A stretch of DNA of 64,000 nt from a virus (taxonomy: Duplodnaviria > Caudoviricetes), in IMG/VR virus record IMGVR_UViG_3300031088_000008, positions 192,001 to 256,000 of that record. One strand, written 5' to 3'. This document shows, piece by piece, positions 1 through 9,320 of this stretch. The notes below the pieces were generated by a model. The model had not been told where the DNA came from, did not search any database, and was given only the letters and a program-made list of their open reading frames with translations. How positions within the stretch are numbered: the first letter of the stretch is position 1; each line of letters starts with the position of its first letter. The position numbers were made by a program, and so were the translations under genes.

Positions 1-163
1 TGGTAAGAACCAACGCACCCAGCTTTAGATTGGTGATAGCGATCTTGTCGCGTTCCACGATGTTGTCACGAACCTGGAGTCCGCCCTTGATATACTGGTC
101 TTCCAGCAGGTAGAATGTACCACCACCTGCTGGAGCGAGATCAGAAGCAATCTGTAGTGCCAT
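1..163 (-). CDS. Partial virion structural protein (5' part; runs off window)
   Basis: ATG at 163 after an AAGGGG RBS; reads MALQIASDLAPAGGGTFYLLEDQYIKGG and stays open to the edge; follows 176..1558. Confidence 0.6.
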   Translation of the reverse strand, partial: MALQIASDLAPAGGGTFYLLEDQYIKGGLQVRDNIVERDKIAITNLKLGALVLT

Positions 164-175
164 GGTGCTTTCCCC

Positions 176-1558
176 TTATGCGCTGACGACCCAAGTCTCA
201 GCAAACGTACCGCTGGCAACCTTGTTGTCCGTGCGGTAGAGATAGAAGGGAGTTGCGACGCCATTGACGGTAACGCTGACTTCCAGTGGACCTTCGCCGC
301 TGGAATCGCCGTACCAAGCAACACCAGTCTTGCCGTTTGGAGCAAGAGCGGAATCCCAACCACCTGGGCCGGGCTGTCCATTGCCCTTGATCTTTGCTGT
401 TGGCATCAGACCATAGCTCTTGGGGTATGCGTACCAACCATACTGGTCAACGCCCTGTACGGTTGAGAAAGTGTTGACCTTGGAGGCATTCGTTCCTCGT
501 CCAGCCAGACCATTGACGAACTCGCTCCACTTGGTGTAGGTGCCGGGTTCAGTGGTGGTACCTGCTACGGGGTGAACGGCAACGCCATAGAATGGCTTGA
601 TACCCTCAGCTACTGGTGCAGCCAGGGAAACATTCGTTTGTCCGCTTACCGTTGTGGTGCCTTCAACGAATGTTGCCTTCACGATACCCGTGATGTTGCT
701 GGTCGTTGATGCTGCAACCTTCAAGCTGTTGCCAGTCAGGACACCAATGGAAGCATTGCTCAGCGTCCAAGTCGTACCACTCAGCGCAGTAACAACCTTG
801 CTGGTACCGTCTGTGTAATAAACAGTTGCCACATAAGTGGTAGTCGCACCGGCAGTCAGGACCGTTGGGCCACTCACGGCCAACGATGCAGGCTTCAGAG
901 CCTTGATCGTAACGTTGGTGCTTGCCGTGTACTTCTTGTTCTTGCTGTCCGTGTAGTTGGCAACAACCGTAACCGGCGTATCAATCTGCACATCAGCACC
1001 AGTCAGGACACCACTAGCCGTGATGGTTGCTGCACCGCTGGCGATCGACCAGATGGGAGTAACGATCGTGCTGGTGTTTGCCACACTGTCAACAAGTTCA
1101 ACCTGCAACGTAATGGACTTGGTGCCGAATACCGACGTGGGAGTTCCATTGACATACTTCAGACTCTTAAAGTTCAGCATATCGTCGAGCATTGACTGGA
1201 TCAAGTCCCTGAGCTTGTCATAGTCTACTTCACCGGGAGGACCGTCTGCGCCGTTATCACCCTTATCGCCCTTGTCTCCCTTATCACCCTTGGGTCCCTG
1301 ACCACCAGCCTCAACGGGGAGGTTGGTTTGGATCACGGGAACGGTTGTTTCGTTTCCTTTGGGCTTTGAAGAGATGAAGAGTTTGCCATCGTTGGCATTG
1401 GGATTGACTACGATCTCATTGCTGGTCGCAGCCGTTTCACTGGCCGATGTGTTCCTGGCGGCAATCTTAGCCGCGTTTGCCTCATCGGGCGTTGCGGTCG
1501 TTTGGCCAGGGATCGGAAGATAAGTTCCGGGATTTTCCGGAGTTGGTTTTTTAGCCAT
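176..1558 (-). CDS. Virion structural protein with collagen-like repeat and Ig-like domains
   Basis: GPKGDKGDKGDKGDNGADGPPG Gly-X-Y run, Thr/Val-rich Ig-like repeats, AAGGAG RBS, TAAATA upstream. Confidence 0.75.
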   Translation of the reverse strand: MAKKPTPENPGTYLPIPGQTTATPDEANAAKIAARNTSASETAATSNEIVVNPNANDGKLFISSKPKGNETTVPVIQTNLPVEAGGQGPKGDKGDKGDKGDNGADGPPGEVDYDKLRDLIQSMLDDMLNFKSLKYVNGTPTSVFGTKSITLQVELVDSVANTSTIVTPIWSIASGAATITASGVLTGADVQIDTPVTVVANYTDSKNKKYTASTNVTIKALKPASLAVSGPTVLTAGATTTYVATVYYTDGTSKVVTALSGTTWTLSNASIGVLTGNSLKVAASTTSNITGIVKATFVEGTTTVSGQTNVSLAAPVAEGIKPFYGVAVHPVAGTTTEPGTYTKWSEFVNGLAGRGTNASKVNTFSTVQGVDQYGWYAYPKSYGLMPTAKIKGNGQPGPGGWDSALAPNGKTGVAWYGDSSGEGPLEVSVTVNGVATPFYLYRTDNKVASGTFAETWVVSA

Positions 1559-1597
1559 AACGATCTCCTTGGAGAGGATTTCCGATATTTACCAACT

Positions 1598-1861
1598 CTA
1601 CTTTTTTGTGATTGCGGTTGAAAACGCGGGGTTGACAACCTTGTGGATTGCACCACATTTGGCGCAGTGAAAGTCTACCGATCTAAAAATCATGTTTTGC
1701 GAATCAAAGGAAACCTTGGTATCGCACTTGAAGCAAGTGTATTCCCACGGCCCTATTAGCATTGGATATGAACCGTCTTTGACTGTGGCCTTGGCCGGTT
1801 CTAGTGTCATTGCCCCGCGACTTGCCTGTACCGCGTTGGGAAAGTGAATGATATTGCTCAT
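1598..1861 (-). CDS. Small zinc-ribbon protein
   Basis: CFKC...CAKC pairs; TAAATA at 1901-1906 on minus strand. Confidence 0.65.
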   Translation of the reverse strand: MSNIIHFPNAVQASRGAMTLEPAKATVKDGSYPMLIGPWEYTCFKCDTKVSFDSQNMIFRSVDFHCAKCGAIHKVVNPAFSTAITKK

Positions 1862-2053
1862 AGCCTAACTCACTATTAACTCCTGCGGGCTGCTCGCTGA
1901 TATTTAGTACAAGGTATCAGGGCTTATCCACGTACTTTGTGGTTTCCGCCCTGGCATATATGCGGTTGACAAAGAGTGCCAATAGAGCATATACATATTG
2001 CTGCTTGGGAAGCTTCTGTAGTAGGGTTGTATTCTAGGAAAGGATACAACCCT

Positions 2054-2296
2054 ATGCACATTCTAAGTGTTATGTTCTTTGGTCTCCTGGGCCTCGCCCT
2101 CTCTGGCGTCAGCGTTATCATGGCTGCGATCACCATCTTGGCATTGATCCTCGCGTACAGCTATGTGATCTCCAAGGGCATCAGCATCAGGGAAAAGACC
2201 ATTCTTGTTGCCATCCTCTTGTTCATTGCTGGGTGGGGTGGATTCCTCACATATCTGGCTGGACATTTTGGTTTGCTCTACTTGACAATTCAGTAA
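2054..2296 (+). CDS. Small membrane protein
   Basis: Two to three hydrophobic segments; AGGA before ATG 2054. Confidence 0.6.
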   Translation: MHILSVMFFGLLGLALSGVSVIMAAITILALILAYSYVISKGISIREKTILVAILLFIAGWGGFLTYLAGHFGLLYLTIQ

Positions 2297-2326
2297 TCCA
2301 TCGTAAACTGTCATTCACATCATAAG

Positions 2327-2587
2327 GTGAGAAGTGTGGAAAGTCCCGTAAAGATGCTTAGCCAGGAACCGCATATCTTCCGCGTAACGCTGAGCTTTCT
2401 AGCAACCGGCGCTACCAAGATGGTTGTTGTCAGTTATGATGGCTCCATCGTGTACGTTATGGATGCCGATGATTCCTGGCTCCGGGAGTTCAAGTCCGGT
2501 GAGCACAAGATCTACGTGGACGGCCACTATGATCTGCTGGACTGCAATATCTATCTGGGCAAGCGACGGGAAGATCAGGATTGGTAG
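2327..2587 (+). CDS. Hypothetical protein
   Basis: 86 aa ORF overlapping the first array gene. Confidence 0.55.
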   Translation: MRSVESPVKMLSQEPHIFRVTLSFLATGATKMVVVSYDGSIVYVMDADDSWLREFKSGEHKIYVDGHYDLLDCNIYLGKRREDQDW

Positions 2588-2796
2588 AGCCCACCTTTGA
2601 ACAGCAATGGCCGCACCGTGTAGAACTGGCATGCTGTATTACCGACTACACGGATGCCTTTTCCTGGCTGTGGGCTCAGATCCTCAAGAACAATCTAGAG
2701 AGTCGAAAGGTCTTCACCACCTTTGGCCAGCGTAGCGTTGGCTTCAGCGACGAGCATCGACAACTGGCCATGCACTTCAAGCTACGATTTGGTTGA
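2581..2796 (+). CDS. FKLxW-family protein
   Basis: Ends AMHFKLRFG. Confidence 0.75.
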   Translation: MVEPTFEQQWPHRVELACCITDYTDAFSWLWAQILKNNLESRKVFTTFGQRSVGFSDEHRQLAMHFKLRFG

Positions 2797-2820
2797 CATA
2801 GAGTAGAGCGGTGCTAAGCC
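2791..2820 (+). promoter_or_regulatory. Host sigma70-type early promoter
   Basis: GGTTGACATAGAGTAGAGCGGTGCTAAG, same consensus as promoters at 34-60 kb. Confidence 0.65.
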
Positions 2821-2826
2821 AGTTCT

Positions 2827-3087
2827 ATGAAACAGATCGACAGCAAGTACCGCCAATTTCCCACCGCGCTGGAACTGCCTGATCTTCCCACTGATCGTCA
2901 GTTAGCCCGCAGCGAGGAAATGATTGCGTGGATCAAGGAAAGCAACCTAGTCTACCAAAAGGACTTTGTTTGCTTTGAGCACCAGACCGGCAAGCCCGGT
3001 CACAGCAAGAAGGTCACGATGGCCTGGGCCTTCCGCGATCGTGGCACCGCCCTTCACTTCAAACTAACCTTTGGTGGCTGGCGATGA
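2827..3087 (+). CDS. FKLxW-family protein
   Basis: Ends ALHFKLTFGGWR. Confidence 0.85.
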   Translation: MKQIDSKYRQFPTALELPDLPTDRQLARSEEMIAWIKESNLVYQKDFVCFEHQTGKPGHSKKVTMAWAFRDRGTALHFKLTFGGWR

Positions 3088-3584
3088 TGGTGGTCTGCAT
3101 TTCAATCCGCCAGTATTGCAGGGTTGACTACAATACACTCAAGATTCAGCTGGGCACTATGGTCAGTGGATGGATGGATGATTATCTGGTCTGGGAAGGT
3201 GTCGACCACGATTGGCCCGATGCTGATGCCGGGGAAGTTCGTCACCTTCAGACTTGGGTGGCCATTGATGACCACTGGGTAGCGTTCATTTGGAACAGCG
3301 ACGAAATCGGCACCATGTTCAAGAGTTATTTCACGGACTGGAATCCCTCGCACAAGCATCGAGTAATCATCGACGGTATCCGCTACACCGAGGGAACCCT
3401 CAACGGAACTGACATCTTCAAGTGGTTCAAGGAGCGCGACCTCGCCAACTCCGGAGACTACAGCTTTGCTCCTCACATAGATGATAGTACGACACTGGCC
3501 ACGGCCTTTGAGTTCAAGAATGCCCAGACTGCCATGTTGTTCAAGTTGACTTTCGGAGGTACTCATGTTCAAAGCCTTATCTAG
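3084..3584 (+). CDS. FKLxW-family protein, two-unit fusion
   Basis: Internal degenerate IGTMFKSYF plus terminal AMLFKLTFGG; ATGA overlap. Confidence 0.85.
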   Translation: MMVVCISIRQYCRVDYNTLKIQLGTMVSGWMDDYLVWEGVDHDWPDADAGEVRHLQTWVAIDDHWVAFIWNSDEIGTMFKSYFTDWNPSHKHRVIIDGIRYTEGTLNGTDIFKWFKERDLANSGDYSFAPHIDDSTTLATAFEFKNAQTAMLFKLTFGGTHVQSLI

Positions 3585-3897
3585 GGCCAACCGTGAGATG
3601 CAATTGGAAAGCTGGACACCCGTTACAATCACGATGGGAACCATGTTCCACTTGTTCGATCAGGAACGGGAAGACATGGCCACTCCTCTGGACGATCTAA
3701 AGTCCACGTCCGTTCTGTTGTTTCTGGAAACTTGGTGCAAGGCCCATATCAAACAGGGCTTCGCAGTCAAGAGGGAACCGGCATCACTGACCTCCTTTAC
3801 CCAAGTGGGGAAAGATGATAACACCGCATGTCTGATATTTTTGTTCAAATTGTCCAGCGAAGCCGTCCGCTTCAAGATGACGTGGGGCGGACGGTGA
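3565..3897 (+). CDS. FKLxW-family protein
   Basis: Ends AVRFKMTWGGR. Confidence 0.85.
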   Translation: MFKALSRANREMQLESWTPVTITMGTMFHLFDQEREDMATPLDDLKSTSVLLFLETWCKAHIKQGFAVKREPASLTSFTQVGKDDNTACLIFLFKLSSEAVRFKMTWGGR

Positions 3898-4139
3898 GTC
3901 ATACCTTTGTTAAATCCGATGACCACATCTGGGCATGGAACGACGAACCCTTTGTTATGCGAGCCAGCGACGAGGTGAAAAACTGGTTGTTGGCCCACGT
4001 GGGAAAGGAAATGACCTATAGCAGCAAGTGGGGCTGGAAAGGTTCCTGGCGGATACTCCGCATCGATGGCTGCGCTCACTTTGGCTTCGCGGATCCCAAG
4101 AAAGCCATGCTGTTCAAGTTGGCCTGGAGCGGCGTGTGA
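3894..4139 (+). CDS. FKLxW-family protein
   Basis: GTGA overlap start; ends AMLFKLAWSGV. Confidence 0.85.
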   Translation: MSHTFVKSDDHIWAWNDEPFVMRASDEVKNWLLAHVGKEMTYSSKWGWKGSWRILRIDGCAHFGFADPKKAMLFKLAWSGV

Positions 4140-4345
4140 GAAAGCAATTCATCTATGAGGTAAAGATCAGCTGGGCCAAGGATCCCTATGGTGACAATTC
4201 GATCGAGTGGCTGATTGAAAACAAGCTCAAGCCGGAACGTGACTGGCAGATTGACATGCACGGCGGAAAGCTGGACTATCTTAGCTTTTGGTTCCACGAC
4301 GCCAACAAAGCCCTGATCGTCAAGCTCACACTGGGTGGCATGTGA
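4136..4345 (+). CDS. FKLxW-family protein
   Basis: GTGA overlap; ends ALIVKLTLGGM. Confidence 0.8.
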   Translation: MRKQFIYEVKISWAKDPYGDNSIEWLIENKLKPERDWQIDMHGGKLDYLSFWFHDANKALIVKLTLGGM

Positions 4346-4566
4346 GTACCGAGTATCCATTCTGCAAGACGGTGGCGATCAGTACTCGTCAGGGTCGTGC
4401 CCGTTATCCTGAACTCGTAAAATGGCTTGAGGATCAAAACTGGTCCGAGGGCTTTGATTACTCCGTGGATCTCCTATACGGTGAGCCCATGGGTGATCCG
4501 GTTGCTTGGCAGTTTGCCTTTGATGATGCGCGGAAGGCTGTGGCCTTCAAGCTGGTATGGGGATGA
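4342..4566 (+). CDS. FKLxW-family protein
   Basis: GTGA overlap; ends AVAFKLVWG. Confidence 0.85.
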   Translation: MSTEYPFCKTVAISTRQGRARYPELVKWLEDQNWSEGFDYSVDLLYGEPMGDPVAWQFAFDDARKAVAFKLVWG

Positions 4567-4856
4567 AGAACGCCCAGCAGCGCCTGGCTGCTCTTCCCTA
4601 CCATATAATCGTGCCTGGGGTCTGGCATGAGGATCCCATATATGATCGTCTGATCGACGCCATCAACTGGTTGTATGATGATGGTCCGCAATCCACTGAT
4701 TGGTTTGTACACCAGTGTGAAGATGGTATCTTCATAGATAAGAAGAACAAGTACCAGATGTATCCAAGGAAAACAACTGCCTACACGTTCGCGTTCAGGA
4801 ATCGAAACGAAGCCGCGTTATTCAAATTGTTGTGGTTTTATAAATTGAAGTATTGA
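4563..4856 (+). CDS. FKLxW-family protein
   Basis: ATGA overlap; ends AALFKLLWFYKLKY. Confidence 0.85.
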   Translation: MKNAQQRLAALPYHIIVPGVWHEDPIYDRLIDAINWLYDDGPQSTDWFVHQCEDGIFIDKKNKYQMYPRKTTAYTFAFRNRNEAALFKLLWFYKLKY

Positions 4857-4890
4857 AAGTGCGCCTGCTACCTAGGAGGTAGGAGGAGCG

Positions 4891-5181
4891 ATGTTCAATT
4901 TGCCAGAAGAGTCCGATGGTGAGACCAACTATCACATCGTATATCTGAAATTGCCTGGTAGCGTCTGGTGTGAGAGTACCCAGGATCTCCGCGATGACAT
5001 TGATGCGTGGCTGGAAACCAATGATGTTGGTGACGACCAGTACAACAGCTTCTACTTCCGAGACCCAGAGAACGCACAAGAGGGTGACTGGTACCACAAT
5101 GCGGTGACCAGTAACAAATATATCTGTTACTGCTTCGCGGACCGCAACCACGCACTCCTATTCAAACTCACATTCAAGTAG
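4891..5181 (+). CDS. FKLxW-family protein (acidic)
   Basis: AGGAGG RBS; ends ALLFKLTFK. Confidence 0.85.
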   Translation: MFNLPEESDGETNYHIVYLKLPGSVWCESTQDLRDDIDAWLETNDVGDDQYNSFYFRDPENAQEGDWYHNAVTSNKYICYCFADRNHALLFKLTFK

Positions 5182-5183
5182 TC

Positions 5184-5213
5184 GCTTGACACTGGAAACC
5201 CTGGTGCTACAAA
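5184..5213 (+). promoter_or_regulatory. Host sigma70-type early promoter inside the array
   Basis: CTTGACACTGGAAACCCTGGTGCTACA. Confidence 0.65.
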
Positions 5214-5219
5214 GCTGGC

Positions 5220-5501
5220 ATGAAGCGTCTAGTTGATCCTCTCGTGGCAGAAGGCCATAAGGTATTCGTATCCTATGATAGCAGCGCCTTTGAGACTGTG
5301 AAGGTCTCCACTTCCAAGGGGTTCAGCTATACGAGGAGTCGTAGTCCAACAGCTGGATTCCAAGCGTGGCTACAGGACACTGCCGGTCCTCTTGGTATTC
5401 TCTGGACCACGACCAAGGATGAAGAGGGCAAGGGCTTGTTTATCTTTTTCTACAGGTCCAGTCACGCTATGCTATGCAAGCTCACTTGGGGAGGATCATG
5501 A
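5220..5501 (+). CDS. FKLxW-family protein
   Basis: Ends AMLCKLTWGGS. Confidence 0.85.
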   Translation: MKRLVDPLVAEGHKVFVSYDSSAFETVKVSTSKGFSYTRSRSPTAGFQAWLQDTAGPLGILWTTTKDEEGKGLFIFFYRSSHAMLCKLTWGGS

Positions 5502-5785
5502 CGCACGTCTGCATCAAGGTCAATGACGAGATTTGGGATGGCTACGGTCTCCGCCTCGTCATGCACGACTGGCTGGTGCAGAATGTAGGTCAACAGGCCA
5601 GCGACATGACGGATTATACATGGAGCCGGAAAGCTGCCTTTTATCTGAGGGCCAGCGAGAGTTCCATTGATCCCATGTATCTGGCAACCGGTGATCGCCA
5701 GAATGGTCCAGCAAAATTCCTTCACTTCAAGTTCAAAGACCCCGCGAAGGCTATGATGTTCAAACTTGCATGGGGTGGTCGATGA
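5498..5785 (+). CDS. FKLxW-family protein
   Basis: ATGA overlap; ends AMMFKLAWGGR. Confidence 0.85.
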   Translation: MTHVCIKVNDEIWDGYGLRLVMHDWLVQNVGQQASDMTDYTWSRKAAFYLRASESSIDPMYLATGDRQNGPAKFLHFKFKDPAKAMMFKLAWGGR

Positions 5786-6036
5786 CTATTCGGGATAATG
5801 TGATCATCACAACCATCTTCATACCCACGGACAGGTTTCCCTGGAAGCTAGTCAAGGACGATGATGGAGTGGAGCGAAAGCTCTATGATGTCACAGCCGA
5901 ACCTCTAGCAACTGTGGTGTCCATGAACACTGTGTGGGGATTCAACGACAGCACAGATAGCGTGATGATATCATTTCTAGAGGGTTGTGATCTGGATAAG
6001 GTCATGTTATTCAAACTGACTTGGGGAGGATTGTAG
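5782..6036 (+). CDS. FKLxW-family protein
   Basis: ATGA overlap; ends VMLFKLTWGGL. Confidence 0.85.
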   Translation: MTIRDNVIITTIFIPTDRFPWKLVKDDDGVERKLYDVTAEPLATVVSMNTVWGFNDSTDSVMISFLEGCDLDKVMLFKLTWGGL

Positions 6037-6299
6037 TGGCCGACCAGCGTGTGATGCGAAATCTCTTTTACGTCTCGATCATCAAGCGAGCGGAGCTCTT
6101 TCATCAGCTGGCCGACCAGGTCTGCGCTCGAATGGGCCCTCCGCCAGAAGGCATTGAAGCAATGCACCGTCATTTGGAAAAGAGTCACGAGGACGATCTC
6201 CGGTGGCTGGTGGACAACGACGTACAGGTCACCATGAAGATGATCGACCTTATCTCCCAGCGGACTGCGGAGATCAGGAGCAAGTTGATTGCAGACTAG
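6036..6299 (+). CDS. Hypothetical helical protein (non-family passenger in the array)
   Basis: TAGTG overlap after GGAGG; lacks the motif. Confidence 0.65.
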   Translation: MADQRVMRNLFYVSIIKRAELFHQLADQVCARMGPPPEGIEAMHRHLEKSHEDDLRWLVDNDVQVTMKMIDLISQRTAEIRSKLIAD

Positions 6300-6624
6300 C
6301 TATAAGATGGTCTGGGATCGGGGCAATCCACTCAAGGTGGTTGTCGAGGGTTGTGTTCCTGAGAACTCCTTTGTGTTGCGCGGACCTGAGACTCCCGAGG
6401 AACGGCTTGCACGAAAGGCTCAGGAAGCTGCCAACACTCATATGGAAAATCTAGCTCAGCTTTTCCGAAATCACTTTGACAGTCGGTGGCGTGCCAGTGA
6501 TCTCTATCCATGGATGGAAGAGAACGCACCCGGCTACAAAGTTGGAGTATCCAACAAGAGCGGTGCCATTTTGGTATTCCAAGAAAAGCATCACGCTATG
6601 ATGTTCAAGCTAGCCTGGTCATGA
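6289..6624 (+). CDS. FKLxW-family protein
   Basis: Ends AMMFKLAWS. Confidence 0.85.
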   Translation: MQTSYKMVWDRGNPLKVVVEGCVPENSFVLRGPETPEERLARKAQEAANTHMENLAQLFRNHFDSRWRASDLYPWMEENAPGYKVGVSNKSGAILVFQEKHHAMMFKLAWS

Positions 6625-6854
6625 GTGTCAACGTCGTCCTGCCTTTTAGTACCTGTGCTAGTTCTTCAAGCAATGGGTCGGTGAAAGTCCATCTCAACCC
6701 AGATATTTTGGATTGGCTCGCTGACAATGCGCCCCCAATCAGCCAGAAGGTAAACTGGATGTTGGGTCGCGATTACAGTCGATGGCAGGTAATGTTCAAC
6801 CTCCCCGATAAACACACCGCTGTCTTGTTCAAATTGACTTTTGGAGGCCGTTGA
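6621..6854 (+). CDS. FKLxW-family protein
   Basis: ATGA overlap; ends AVLFKLTFGGR. Confidence 0.85.
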   Translation: MSVNVVLPFSTCASSSSNGSVKVHLNPDILDWLADNAPPISQKVNWMLGRDYSRWQVMFNLPDKHTAVLFKLTFGGR

Positions 6855-6869
6855 CCCCATAATGGGTTA

Positions 6870-7307
6870 ATGCGTATCCTGGAACACTTCGACGTTAAAT
6901 TCTCTGGTCCGTTGAAAGCGACAACTCGTAGCCGCTTCACGCTCCAGAATGACGACGGTACAATCTTTGATGTCATGATCCCCGGTGAGGAAAAACTCCT
7001 CGCGGCATTTCGGTGGATGGGCGAGAATGATTGCCTTCGTCATCTGAGATCCGTCGAGCCTGAATACCATGATAATCTCAAGGATATCATGAAGATTGAG
7101 GAATACAACACCCAGGTTCGAGAACACGCTCATCTGGTTGGAAGTCTTCAAACAGGAATCAACTATAACAATTACTCGCCCCAACATTACTCCAGTAATG
7201 GATATCCAATACCGCAGCTTCAACCTGTTCCCTCTGCGGTCTATGAGTGTACGTGGACCTTCTACAGCAAGGAACACGCAGTGATGTTCAAGTTGGCGTG
7301 CGGCTGA
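6870..7307 (+). CDS. FKLxW-family protein with long insertion
   Basis: Ends AVMFKLACG. Confidence 0.8.
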   Translation: MRILEHFDVKFSGPLKATTRSRFTLQNDDGTIFDVMIPGEEKLLAAFRWMGENDCLRHLRSVEPEYHDNLKDIMKIEEYNTQVREHAHLVGSLQTGINYNNYSPQHYSSNGYPIPQLQPVPSAVYECTWTFYSKEHAVMFKLACG

Positions 7308-7672
7308 TGAAACTCATCGAGAAACATCATCAGTGGTATATTGTTCCCAGCGATGGAGAAATGTTCTTTGCCTGGGAAGCCATTGATGCTGAAGTGCCCA
7401 CGCATATTCGTGCCAATCCCCGCATCTTACCTTTTCTTGCCGAATGGATGGATAACACCTGTCCCGGTCGATGGGGAACGGCATGGATGGATAAAGGCAG
7501 GGCTATCTGGATTGAGGACCCCAGTGTCTTTCAATTGTTCAAGTTAGCCTGGCACGATCACGCCGATATCCAGATAGTAGTGATGCCGGAGATCACGGCC
7601 TTCTACTGCCCCTATATTCCACTGACGATCACGAGTGCAATTCCACAGGTGGGCGATGGCGAGGAGGCTTGA
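7307..7672 (+). CDS. FKLxW-family protein with C-terminal gp23-like peptide
   Basis: FQLFKLAWH followed by AFYCPYIPL. Confidence 0.8.
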   Translation: MKLIEKHHQWYIVPSDGEMFFAWEAIDAEVPTHIRANPRILPFLAEWMDNTCPGRWGTAWMDKGRAIWIEDPSVFQLFKLAWHDHADIQIVVMPEITAFYCPYIPLTITSAIPQVGDGEEA

Positions 7673-7904
7673 CGGCGTTCGGGTCGTGATACCCAAGAGC
7701 CGCGTCTGCATTATAGATGAACACGGCTTCGACGACAGTCTCTCGGACGAGTGCTGGGACTGGATCCAAGAAAACATTGGCGCATGGGGTGTGGACTGGG
7801 AACATGGCGAATGTTGGATGTTCGAAGATTATGGGATGACAAGTTTGGAATTTCACTTTAAGAGAGCTTCCGATGCAATGTTGTTCAAACTCACCTGGGC
7901 CTAG
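7656..7904 (+). CDS. FKLxW-family protein
   Basis: Ends AMLFKLTWA. Confidence 0.85.
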   Translation: MARRLDGVRVVIPKSRVCIIDEHGFDDSLSDECWDWIQENIGAWGVDWEHGECWMFEDYGMTSLEFHFKRASDAMLFKLTWA

Positions 7905-8157
7905 CTATTGGGATTTTCCGCTTCCCAATAAAAAGCTCTATCGGGATCTCAGTTGGCGGGCTGAGGATGATGCCAGTCGTTTATTCGATCAGGAAATGAA
8001 GGACTGGCTAGACCAGCACAACTTCTCCTACAATGGCAGGTTTGTTCATGCCTCCACGGATCTCAGCCAGTATGGCGAACAAGTCTATTCCTGGAGGCTT
8101 ATGATTCGACTCTATGATTCCAAAGCTGCCGTGCTATACAAGCTGACATGGATCTAG
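7873..8157 (+). CDS. FKLxW-family protein (start uncertain)
   Basis: Ends AVLYKLTWI. Confidence 0.75.
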   Translation: MQCCSNSPGPSYWDFPLPNKKLYRDLSWRAEDDASRLFDQEMKDWLDQHNFSYNGRFVHASTDLSQYGEQVYSWRLMIRLYDSKAAVLYKLTWI

Positions 8158-8438
8158 AAGCTACCATTCACACCATTGAGGTGCCAGTCAACGCCGAGTG
8201 CATTGATCGCGCTGGCCGATGGCTCGCAGAGCGTCTGGGTGAGCCCGGATGGAAAAGCAAGCCCCGCACCAACGAACATGGCGATGTGGCCTTTGATGCG
8301 TCTCGTATCTATATGGAAGACGTGCTTTGGGACGCATACGTCAACCCCAGCAGCTTTCGCGCTTTCTTTTTGATCAAAGAAAACGACAACCTTGCCATGT
8401 TGTTCAAGCTGACCTTTGGAGGACAGAATGCTGATTGA
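8148..8438 (+). CDS. FKLxW-family protein
   Basis: Ends AMLFKLTFGGQNAD. Confidence 0.85.
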   Translation: MDLEATIHTIEVPVNAECIDRAGRWLAERLGEPGWKSKPRTNEHGDVAFDASRIYMEDVLWDAYVNPSSFRAFFLIKENDNLAMLFKLTFGGQNAD

Positions 8439-8853
8439 GGAAGTCAAGTGGCGCAAATGGCTGGGACTTCCCTACATCAGTGTTCAGGGGGAATGGCTGG
8501 AAGAGTTCTATCAGCGAAAGCTCAATCAGGGAGATGTCTCGAGCGCACGATGGACTGGTGGCTTCGAGGAATACCGCTGGGCAAAACCCATAAGGGATTG
8601 GCTCCAGGAAAGTGGCGGACGTTACAAGCTAGAAAAGTGTGGGCAAGCCAGCGACTTCGCGGTTGGAAGGCAAGCTAAGATCTGGTTTCGTGATATGAAG
8701 AATGTCACGATGTTCAAGCTGGCTTGGGGTGGGGCAAAGAAGCCTGAGGATCCGCCAGTTGTGTTTGGTGTTACGAGAACTCTCGTCAAGGCCAAGAGTA
8801 GAAAGCTGAAGGGCACTTGGTCCCTTCAGCCTCCTGAAAAATCTACGAAGTAA
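8428..8853 (+). CDS. FKLxW-family protein with C-terminal gp23-like peptide
   Basis: VTMFKLAWGG followed by VTRTLVKAKSRKLKGTWSL. Confidence 0.8.
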   Translation: MLIEEVKWRKWLGLPYISVQGEWLEEFYQRKLNQGDVSSARWTGGFEEYRWAKPIRDWLQESGGRYKLEKCGQASDFAVGRQAKIWFRDMKNVTMFKLAWGGAKKPEDPPVVFGVTRTLVKAKSRKLKGTWSLQPPEKSTK

Positions 8854-9294
8854 TTACTTGACCAGACCAGGAAGGTAACGACCGCCTGCTGGTGGAAGAG
8901 TCAAGACCTGCTGACGGTGACTGATGCCTCCCTTGAGACCAAAGCCAATGTGGACCCAACGGCGCTTTTCGTGGATAAGCTGGTCGAACTTTAGACCACC
9001 CTTGATCAGTGCGGCACAAATCTCATAGGGAGTTCCAAAGTCAGGGCTTACAAAGTCAACACCAAAGCCAAAGCTGTGAGCGGAAGTTACCACGCCACCA
9101 ACGGCACGGTTTACCGCATCACAACGGAAGCCACTGTTGACGCTGATTGGTGTGCCAAGAATTGCACGGACCTTTTCCATCATCTGAGCAGTGTGGGTCA
9201 AGTTTGCCAATTGTGCGGCGTTGGGAACATTCTTGATACCCGTTCCGGTAACGGTCATCTCGGCCAAACTAAAATGCGGTGTAAGCTGGGTCAT
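8854..9294 (-). CDS. Peptidase M15A-family endolysin/peptidoglycan hydrolase
   Basis: LTPHFSLAEM, NSGFRC..VN..VGG...SAH..G..VD, DQLIHE..WVHIG zinc motifs; AAGGAG RBS; TAAATA upstream. Confidence 0.9.
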   Translation of the reverse strand: MTQLTPHFSLAEMTVTGTGIKNVPNAAQLANLTHTAQMMEKVRAILGTPISVNSGFRCDAVNRAVGGVVTSAHSFGFGVDFVSPDFGTPYEICAALIKGGLKFDQLIHEKRRWVHIGFGLKGGISHRQQVLTLPPAGGRYLPGLVK

Positions 9295-9320
9295 GATCGA
9301 TCTCCTTTTGGGGTACAGAA

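Noticed and set aside
1230-1305. Tandem 9 bp DNA repeat as a mobile or contingency locus
   Set aside because: Explained by collagen-like GDK codons with synonymous variation
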